From: a virus
Lineage: Duplodnaviria > Caudoviricetes
Strand: one strand, 5' to 3'
Virus record (IMG/VR): IMGVR_UViG_3300031953_000056
Coordinates: 1 to 39,501 of that record
DNA: 39,501 bases
Below are positions 24,877 to 31,917 of the stretch, in pieces. The notes under the pieces were generated by a model. That model ran no database searches. It saw only the letters and a program-made list of their open reading frames with translations, and had not been told where the DNA came from. Every line of letters begins with the position of its first letter. The first letter of the stretch is position 1. Position numbers and translations under genes: made by a program.

Positions 24877-25140
24877 ATGCGATTGGTGAAACTTGATTGG
24901 GCGGCACTTACGGAAGCGGCGGCCGGCATGGGTGTGTTTGGCCGTGAGGCGATCGTTCAGCATCTGGGAGTGGAACCCGAACCTGTGACGATGGAGGTCA
25001 TCGCGCGAGTGGTCACCCTGTTTCCAGCGAGGGCCGTCGACGTCTTCCGCATTTCAGGGCGGGGTGACCTGCTCCCATCACCACCTCCCCACTCTGGGAC
25101 TGCGGGGACAACGTGCACGCCGGTAGGCTCGGTCGCATGA
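24877..25140 (+). CDS. Cro-like protein apparently lacking the recognition helix
   Basis: AAGGGGG SD; manual alignment to 21632..21940. Confidence 0.5.
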   Translation: MRLVKLDWAALTEAAAGMGVFGREAIVQHLGVEPEPVTMEVIARVVTLFPARAVDVFRISGRGDLLPSPPPHSGTAGTTCTPVGSVA

Positions 25141-25559
25141 GAGCCCTCACTAAGACCATGCTCGGACTGTCCGTCGTTGCGATGCTCGCGGGCTGTGCCT
25201 CTCCTGCTGTGGCGCCGGAACCGGAACCGACAGAGACTGTGAATCCGGCGCATGCGATCTGCGACGACTTTGAGACCGCAACGAACGACCTTGCTCAACT
25301 TCTCATGCTCGTCTGGAACGGTGATGGGACCGATTCTGACGAAGCGGAACTCAAAGACTTCGCCGACAGGTTCGATACTCTCTCCCTAGAGGCTGACGGC
25401 GAAGTCGCGACCAGACTTGCGAACGTGCGGGACGTTCTGCCCAATGGTGTGTTGCCAGTACTTATTGAGTCCGAGGAGTATTTCGATGCGCTCAGCGCGG
25501 TTCATCGTGCGTGTGCTGCTGAGGGTGCAGACTCCGACTACACGACATGGAAGTACTGA
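25137..25559 (+). CDS. Lipoprotein
   Basis: MRALTKTMLGLSVVAMLAG|C lipobox; ATGA overlap. Confidence 0.8.
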   Translation: MRALTKTMLGLSVVAMLAGCASPAVAPEPEPTETVNPAHAICDDFETATNDLAQLLMLVWNGDGTDSDEAELKDFADRFDTLSLEADGEVATRLANVRDVLPNGVLPVLIESEEYFDALSAVHRACAAEGADSDYTTWKY

Positions 25560-25574
25560 CCCCGGGCACGACGA

Positions 25575-25618
25575 AAAGCCCCGCTCCAACCTCAGTGAAG
25601 AGGTTGGAGCGGGGCTTT
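25575..25618. terminator. Bidirectional terminator
   Basis: Perfect 19-bp inverted repeat AAAGCCCCGCTCCAACCTC/GAGGTTGGAGCGGGGCTTT between convergent genes. Confidence 0.85.
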
Positions 25619-25711
25619 GTCGTTGCTGGACTACTGGCAGCTAGTGCACTGCAGTAAGTCCATCGGGTCGACGGGGACCGCGTACGGTTCGTCGTTCGGA
25701 TCCTGCACGGG

Positions 25712-26008
25712 TCAGCGAGCGGTATAGACCGGTGTGGCGCTCGAACCGAGTAACCATTTCTCTGCCTTTGGCCAGCGGGCTCCGATCTTGCGGGCACCCC
25801 AGTAGTAGAGGGCGATGACTGCGGCGGTGGCTGCTGCGATGGTCAGGTCGCGCCATCCGTTGCCGTACGTGCCTTCGATGTAGGTGATGGCGGTGTTGAA
25901 CCACGTGAACTGCGCGAGCAGGAACGTGATGAGCGAGCCGATCGCGACGGGCACGTAGGTGCGGAAGTAGGCGACAGGGTCAATGGTGGGGAGGATGGGA
26001 TCGGACAT
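25712..26008 (-). CDS. Putative holin
   Basis: 98 aa, two TM helices, RTYVP..G, YY..R....WP...WLLG...P.Y pattern; last late gene. Confidence 0.7.
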   Translation of the reverse strand: MSDPILPTIDPVAYFRTYVPVAIGSLITFLLAQFTWFNTAITYIEGTYGNGWRDLTIAAATAAVIALYYWGARKIGARWPKAEKWLLGSSATPVYTAR

Positions 26009-26481
26009 TACTGCTCCTTGTTCGGTTTGGTGGTTGGTCTGCGCCCGGATGGGGCGGGGTCATCCTTTGCGACCGCAATGTGCGGTTGTGTCTGTTCTTC
26101 AATTTGGTCTGAAAGTTTCTCGTCGGTCTCGTGGAGAACTTCGACGGACTCTTCTAATGAGTCCAGGCGGTGATAGATGCCCTTCACTCCGAGTTCCACC
26201 CGGGTGATTGCATCTTTCACGGATGACCCGTTGTTGTAGTTCACCTCGTGATGAATTTCGGCTAATGCTTTCGACTGTTGCGCCATCGTTGTGTTTGTTT
26301 CTGCCATAAAAAAGGGCAACTTTCCGAGGGCTTCAACGAACGCGATAACCTTCTTCAGCCATGGCCAGAAACGGATCAGAAAGCGTGTGCTGACATAGAG
26401 TCCTGCGATGAGTGCACAAATTGTTGCAAGGGTTTGTACCCAACTCACGGCACCTATCGTTGTCCAGTCGAAAATTGGCAC
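26008..26481 (-). CDS. Membrane protein (lysis-region accessory)
   Basis: N-terminal TM, HEV..N.GSS.KD...R.E motif, coiled coil. Confidence 0.7.
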   Translation of the reverse strand: MPIFDWTTIGAVSWVQTLATICALIAGLYVSTRFLIRFWPWLKKVIAFVEALGKLPFFMAETNTTMAQQSKALAEIHHEVNYNNGSSVKDAITRVELGVKGIYHRLDSLEESVEVLHETDEKLSDQIEEQTQPHIAVAKDDPAPSGRRPTTKPNKEQ

Positions 26482-26531
26482 AGGACCCCCAAGGGCTAGT
26501 AAATTTGTTGAGTATGAATTAAACTTCGCTC

Positions 26532-26927
26532 ATGAAGAACATGACGAAGGGAATCATCGCCAGCCTTAGTGCTGCCGCCGTACTAACCACCGGCGCGTTC
26601 TTCGGTGCGTCCGCGATGACTGCGGAACCCGCACCCGAGCAGACACCAACCGCAGTCGTGGTTACCGTCGAAGAGAACACCCTGCGTCAAGAAGCGCCCG
26701 ACACCGTTCGTCGCAGCGTGCTCCCAGCACCTGAACCCGTTGTCGAAGAAACCGTTATCGCGACAGAACCAGCACCCGCACCAGATCCGGCACCCGCACC
26801 AGAACCTGAGCGTGAAGCTGTCTCCGGAAACGACTGCCCGCCTCCAAACGTTCAACGTGACGGACGATGCAACGCCCCCGTTTGTCGAATCTTGGAAGAC
26901 GGCACCGAGGTTCCCTGCGAGGGCTAA
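26532..26927 (+). CDS. Secreted Pro-rich protein (antisense moron)
   Basis: Signal peptide, PAP repeats, four C-terminal Cys; AT-rich upstream with TAAACT 6 nt before ATG. Confidence 0.7.
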   Translation: MKNMTKGIIASLSAAAVLTTGAFFGASAMTAEPAPEQTPTAVVVTVEENTLRQEAPDTVRRSVLPAPEPVVEETVIATEPAPAPDPAPAPEPEREAVSGNDCPPPNVQRDGRCNAPVCRILEDGTEVPCEG

Positions 26928-27646
26928 ACCCCCAGAGCGTCTAGACGTTCTTTGATGGCTGCAATCTCGGCAGCGTGAGCGCGCCCGATAACATTCATGC
27001 CCACCGCGCCAAACGCGGCATAGTCGATACCGATGGGCTGCTCATCTCGGATTGTCACGAACTGTTTCAGCCCGTTCTCGATTAGATGCTCGGCCATATA
27101 TCCGACCTCTTGCGGGATCTGATATTCAGGGTCGTAGTACTCGCTGTTTGGGTCATGACGCATCGCTACTTGATCTTTGTACTCGTATAGGTATGCAGCG
27201 CAGCGCAAGAATGATTCAGCGGAGTAGGGAACTTGCTCAAGGTTGGTTTTCGTTGTGATCGAGGATGGTGCATACCCGTACAGCCCAACGTTTGCGCCGT
27301 CATAGATTTGCCATACCGTTTGTCTGTTGCCCGAAACAGAACCTAGGTTCGTTCCAGCAGCACCCGCACTCTTCAATGCGGCAACACCGCTCACGGTTCC
27401 CGCCGCGGTGACATTCCCGGTAGCGGTCACATTGCCACCAGTAGAGAAACCCGACGACAGGAACTCGACAACCTTCGCATTCACCGTCGCCGTGATGTTG
27501 ATGAGTGCCTGCTGAACCTGATTGACGAGCGACCCGACCGACGTACCAGTCGGCTGCTGCAAGGTGCGCAGCTGTTCCTCAATCTGACCGAACCTCTCCA
27601 GAAGGCGTTGCGCGAGCTTGTCGCTAATTGTTGTGATTCCCGACAT
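26924..27646 (-). CDS. Tail fibre/spike with a C-terminal intramolecular chaperone (peptidase S74-like)
   Basis: GNVTA repeats; SS...K.N, YEYK, GYMAE, IDY and terminal coiled coil; TGATG start at 27646. Confidence 0.7.
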   Translation of the reverse strand: MSGITTISDKLAQRLLERFGQIEEQLRTLQQPTGTSVGSLVNQVQQALINITATVNAKVVEFLSSGFSTGGNVTATGNVTAAGTVSGVAALKSAGAAGTNLGSVSGNRQTVWQIYDGANVGLYGYAPSSITTKTNLEQVPYSAESFLRCAAYLYEYKDQVAMRHDPNSEYYDPEYQIPQEVGYMAEHLIENGLKQFVTIRDEQPIGIDYAAFGAVGMNVIGRAHAAEIAAIKERLDALGV

Positions 27647-28815
27647 CAGATTCCCACCTTCACCGCTGTGATCGTGACCCACGGGCCTTCATCACCGGAC
27701 ATTCCGGTGATCTCCCACAGATGCCACCCATCGGGCAGCCAGTCGTTGTCTTTGACGATGGCGGTGAACCAATCGCCGACGTCGTACTGTCCGAGGTACG
27801 GGGGGGAGTCTTTGCGAACCTGGAACGAGTACACCTCGATCGCGCCCTGCGCGCGCCGCAGGTTCTCTTGCGCGTACCGTTGGGCCGTGGGTCGCTCGAC
27901 CACGTCAACGCGTGAACTGTCGAGCACCTCACGGAGCGGATACCCAGCATCGGTCAGGGTATTGCTGGATGCGCGTTCCACGAGGGCAATGTCAGCCGAC
28001 CGTCCGCCAGTCACCCACGACACCGATCCGAGCATCCCCGCGTCATAACCGACACGCAAGCGGCGTGTGTTTGACTGCTGAGCTGTCAAATCCCACCTGT
28101 GCGTTGTTGCCGAGCGGATGATAGGCGCGGTGTCTGTGCCCGTCCTAAGTAGCCACTCGATACCCTTGCGGTCAGCTTGGTGGCGTGCGTCCGCACGAAA
28201 GTCGGGCCCACCCTCAAGGTTGCTGATATCGGCAATCGCCGACGACACCGACTTGAACGCGATGCCATCCCACGTCTTCGTGTGCACCCCAGCGATATCC
28301 GCAGGGAGCACAATCGGGAGGTTCGCCGATGGCCATGACAGGGCTTGCTCGATGATCTTCTTCAGGATTGTCCCTAGGGAGAGTCCAGTGAACATGGTCC
28401 CTAGGGCAGGGTTCGGTATGGTCTTTGTGCTGTCCGCAGGGTCCGGTATCACGAACGAGGATGTCGCGACCGTCGCTGCGGCTGGAGGCAGCACGGTGCG
28501 GCCTTTGAAGTAGTCGATAATCCCCGATGCGGTGAGGGTGATGCGGTGTGCGTCGTCGTCGTAATCAGGTTCGTTCATCTCACCGGCGCCAGCGAACCAT
28601 TCCCCGCCGCCGTTCTCTTCGACGATCGCGAGGGCGGTCTTCCCGCCGGTCGCGGTGTTGCGCAGGTTCAGCGCTCGCACGTCGGGGTTGTTCGATTTCA
28701 CTTCGCACGACAGCGTTTCGGGGCGATTTCTGCGCCTCGACCACGCGTATTTGAGATACGGGATATCTACCAGCCGCCTGCCCGTGAGCAAGTCGGCAAT
28801 GATTACACGCGCCAC
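27646..28815 (-). CDS. Minor tail/baseplate hub protein (Gp37-like)
   Basis: IADLLTG N-terminus, EGGPDF, GYP, YDVGD motifs typical of actinophage minor tail proteins. Confidence 0.75.
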   Translation of the reverse strand: MARVIIADLLTGRRLVDIPYLKYAWSRRRNRPETLSCEVKSNNPDVRALNLRNTATGGKTALAIVEENGGGEWFAGAGEMNEPDYDDDAHRITLTASGIIDYFKGRTVLPPAAATVATSSFVIPDPADSTKTIPNPALGTMFTGLSLGTILKKIIEQALSWPSANLPIVLPADIAGVHTKTWDGIAFKSVSSAIADISNLEGGPDFRADARHQADRKGIEWLLRTGTDTAPIIRSATTHRWDLTAQQSNTRRLRVGYDAGMLGSVSWVTGGRSADIALVERASSNTLTDAGYPLREVLDSSRVDVVERPTAQRYAQENLRRAQGAIEVYSFQVRKDSPPYLGQYDVGDWFTAIVKDNDWLPDGWHLWEITGMSGDEGPWVTITAVKVGI

Positions 28816-29345
28816 TATTTCGCCGCCCTAATCATGTAGTGCAGCCAGTGACCCACACGGGCACCGCCTGCGGGTGTTGGGTGGATGCCGTCAATAGTCC
28901 ATCCCGGCACATATTTGTTGTCAGACGTGCGCAACGTCGTCCACGGGTCAACCCACATCCAGCCCATGCTTGTGGCGTAGTTGCGGATGTCGGTATCGAG
29001 TTGGCGTGCCTCAAGGTGGAATCCGTCATCACGAGGGGGCTGTGCGACGATGAGCGCACGCTTCGCTCCCGACTTTGTGATAATCTCGCGCAGCGCAGAG
29101 AGTGTTGTCGATAGCGGCACTCGCCAGCGCTCATTCGAGACATCGTTCGTGCCGATAACCAGAACCGTGACGTCGGAGTCCACGAACTCTGCATTCTCCG
29201 CAACTTGGTATGAGCGATATCCGCCATGAGAGAAGCCGCCAACGTGCAACACGTCAACGCCGTCAGAAGCGTGAGGAGCCCACGAAAAAGTGGGGTTTGC
29301 GGTCACGGATGCACCAAACGCAGCAAACGTGACAGGAACGCTCAC
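28815..29345 (-). CDS. SGNH/GDSL hydrolase
   Basis: FGASVT (block I Ser), IGTND (III), DGIHP (V). Confidence 0.85.
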   Translation of the reverse strand: MSVPVTFAAFGASVTANPTFSWAPHASDGVDVLHVGGFSHGGYRSYQVAENAEFVDSDVTVLVIGTNDVSNERWRVPLSTTLSALREIITKSGAKRALIVAQPPRDDGFHLEARQLDTDIRNYATSMGWMWVDPWTTLRTSDNKYVPGWTIDGIHPTPAGGARVGHWLHYMIRAAK

Positions 29346-30064
29346 AGGCTCCTCGCGTAAACGATTTGTTCAAGCTCGTTGCCCGTGCAGCCGATCACAG
29401 TGAGGGGCTTTTGGGCCTTCTCCGCAGCGCGGTACAAGTCCACCCAATGCTTGCGCGTCAACCGGCGAGCTTCCCCATTAGGGGACACCCCCCACACGTC
29501 GGCATACAAAATGCCGCCAACCTCACGAGTACCAGCCCAGATGCGGGAAATCCCACCAGTTCCGGGACTGCTGTTGTTTTTCGGTTGATAGAAAATCCAC
29601 AACATTTCGTCTTCCATTTCTTCTATTGATGGGAAAGGGGTCTGGTCGCCGGCTGCAAGCTCGTGGTCAGCAAGAAGCGACTCAACAATCGGGCGTGGGT
29701 CAACTCGCGTACCCAGTCCTGGGATTGGGCTGTTCGACACGGCAAGGTGCAGGTGTGGGCCTGTTGAGTCGCCCGTGGAACCCACAAGACCCACAGTGTC
29801 CCCGTAAGCCACAACGTCACCGACCTGCAGGTCTGTCCAATGCTTCATGTGATAGAAGAGGAAGTATTTGCCGTCGATGAGGATGACGACGAAGTAACCG
29901 GCCGCCAACTGATACCCACGCGATACGACACGACCAGCACCCGGAGAGGGGATCTTTGTGCCTGCCCCCCACGGATAGTCTTGCCCTGCATGGAACCGTG
30001 GCCCATACTCATGCGACCAACCGAAGACGCTTCCTATTAGTGCGTAGAAGGTTGTGGGGGTCAT
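29342..30064 (-). CDS. Endolysin, M23 peptidase
   Basis: HAGQD, YHM, STGPHLH zinc motifs; start at the TAATG overlap 30064. Confidence 0.85.
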   Translation of the reverse strand: MTPTTFYALIGSVFGWSHEYGPRFHAGQDYPWGAGTKIPSPGAGRVVSRGYQLAAGYFVVILIDGKYFLFYHMKHWTDLQVGDVVAYGDTVGLVGSTGDSTGPHLHLAVSNSPIPGLGTRVDPRPIVESLLADHELAAGDQTPFPSIEEMEDEMLWIFYQPKNNSSPGTGGISRIWAGTREVGGILYADVWGVSPNGEARRLTRKHWVDLYRAAEKAQKPLTVIGCTGNELEQIVYARSL

Positions 30065-31056
30065 TAGAGCTGCGCAAACGTCATATTGCAGATTGCGATG
30101 GTGTGGCCCGCTGGGGACGCAGTGGATAGACGTACAACGCCGTCTGATCCCGCATAGATGGGCTGCATCGAACCCGAACCGTAAGTTATCGCTGTGCCCG
30201 TGGCGTACATGTTGGGGCCGGGGCTGGTGGGGCGGGCCCATGCGGGCAGCACGCCGACGATGAGGGCAGACGCATAGGTTGTGCCGTTAGTACGCTCCTG
30301 CCTCCAAGCGGCCGTAACAACACCGTCATAGGAGCGTTGAACTTTTGATGCAGAAATGGTCGCGTTGCCGTCATTACTGACAGTCCCAAACGATGTCGCC
30401 CCCATGCAGATAGCCCAGATCAGACCAGTCCACTCGTAATAGCACTGGTCTTCAATCAGGAATACGACCTGCCCCGGAGCGAAACCGGTGATCAGGCCCC
30501 GCTCCGTTGTAGTGCGCGCCCAGATAGCCCCACCCGTCAACGCGGTGAACGGTACAATCTGGGTAATCACCACACCCGCCGACTGAGTAGTCGTAGCCGT
30601 CGAAGGAATCAGGACAGCAGCGAGAGGCAACCCGCCAGCCGGGACCGCCGCAATAGCCGCCGCCAGGTCGGGGATTGCGGCAGCGGCGCCTGTGACGAAC
30701 GCAAGGACCGGCAGGTTGTTTGCATCCGAGAACGGTGATGCGCTCTCGTTCTGCTTCGCGTAGATGATGCTGTACCAAAAATTTGCACCCGGAGCGGTGA
30801 GCCCAGAGACCGTAACTGTGCCATCGTTCGCCGCGAACCCCGGGAAGCCATTACGTACAAGCACCGCTTCGAAAGCGCCCACATCGACACCCATAGTTGC
30901 ACGTGAGGTAACAAGCGCGGCCGTCGAGCGAGGAAGAACACCCGCTCGAGGAACACCCGCCGTATTCCGCACAACCAGACCAGCGAGGTCGGCGCGCACA
31001 TCTACAGAGCTGATCGCAACCCCGGTCGGTGACGGGAAAGCTGTTTTCATGACCAT
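30064..31056 (-). CDS. Minor tail protein (receptor-binding candidate)
   Basis: Follows Dit; AGGAG SD; LPAWARP C-terminal module typical of tail fibre tips. Confidence 0.7.
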   Translation of the reverse strand: MVMKTAFPSPTGVAISSVDVRADLAGLVVRNTAGVPRAGVLPRSTAALVTSRATMGVDVGAFEAVLVRNGFPGFAANDGTVTVSGLTAPGANFWYSIIYAKQNESASPFSDANNLPVLAFVTGAAAAIPDLAAAIAAVPAGGLPLAAVLIPSTATTTQSAGVVITQIVPFTALTGGAIWARTTTERGLITGFAPGQVVFLIEDQCYYEWTGLIWAICMGATSFGTVSNDGNATISASKVQRSYDGVVTAAWRQERTNGTTYASALIVGVLPAWARPTSPGPNMYATGTAITYGSGSMQPIYAGSDGVVRLSTASPAGHTIAICNMTFAQL

Positions 31057-31065
31057 GAAGGACTC

Positions 31066-31917
31066 CTACCGGGATGCTGGCGCGGTTTGCGCCGTGAGGG
31101 TGGGGGTGCCAGAAAAGGAACCCAAGGTGTTCAGTTGCAGCGTCGAAGCTCCACCAGCAGGGACTGTCGGCCAGTCCGCGCGGGTCAGAAAGCCTGACAT
31201 GTCATTCCCCGGCACATCTAGGTATGCCCTGCCGGTGCGAGAGTTCAGGAACACCGTCGATCCGAGCGGCACGAGCCGCTCAAACCGAACCTGCCGCCCC
31301 GTGCCAACCTGATCAATAGTGAAACCCGCATCAAGCTGGCCGGTGACCTCAAGGAGTGGGAACGTGTCCGCATCTCCACTGTTGAGGACGATCACGCGCC
31401 CATCCGACCCGCCCGCACCGAAGGTGATAGGGAACGTGATAGGGAACGCCAGGCCCCCACCAGAGACCGGAAGTCCGTTTGACACGCGCACAGGAGCCCC
31501 GTACCGGTAAGGGTCGGCAGCTTTCACCGGGATCTCGAACTCCGCTATTCCGTCCTCGCTGATGACATCGAAGAGGATTTTGCCGACGAGTCGAACCGAC
31601 AGGGTGCCGGTTGTCAGCGGATCGGTGACTGTCACCGGCCACTGCGACTTCAACGCTTTCAGGCCCATGATCTGGCGTCTCAACGCGAACACGGCGGTCG
31701 GATTCCCCGGTGCGATTATCTTTCCCCGGATGGAGAAATATAGCGCGCTGTCGTAGACGGGTTCCTCGTCGAAATCCCCGTCACCGTTTGGACGTTCGTC
31801 GTTGTCCAGCTTCGGCCCTGACGAGTCGTAGAAACCCACCAGGTCTACGAGATACGGCGCCTCTCCGCTGTCCGAGTTGGTCAGCGTGATGACCGGTGTT
31901 GTGACGGTGATCATCAC
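31066..31917 (-). CDS. Distal tail protein (Dit)
   Basis: Follows tape measure; A.DPYRYG, FPITFPITFG, N.G...P motifs. Confidence 0.8.
   Translation of the reverse strand: MMITVTTPVITLTNSDSGEAPYLVDLVGFYDSSGPKLDNDERPNGDGDFDEEPVYDSALYFSIRGKIIAPGNPTAVFALRRQIMGLKALKSQWPVTVTDPLTTGTLSVRLVGKILFDVISEDGIAEFEIPVKAADPYRYGAPVRVSNGLPVSGGGLAFPITFPITFGAGGSDGRVIVLNSGDADTFPLLEVTGQLDAGFTIDQVGTGRQVRFERLVPLGSTVFLNSRTGRAYLDVPGNDMSGFLTRADWPTVPAGGASTLQLNTLGSFSGTPTLTAQTAPASR

Noticed and set aside
26924-31056. Diversity-generating retroelement acting on tail genes
   Set aside because: No reverse transcriptase and no template/variable repeat pair noticed.
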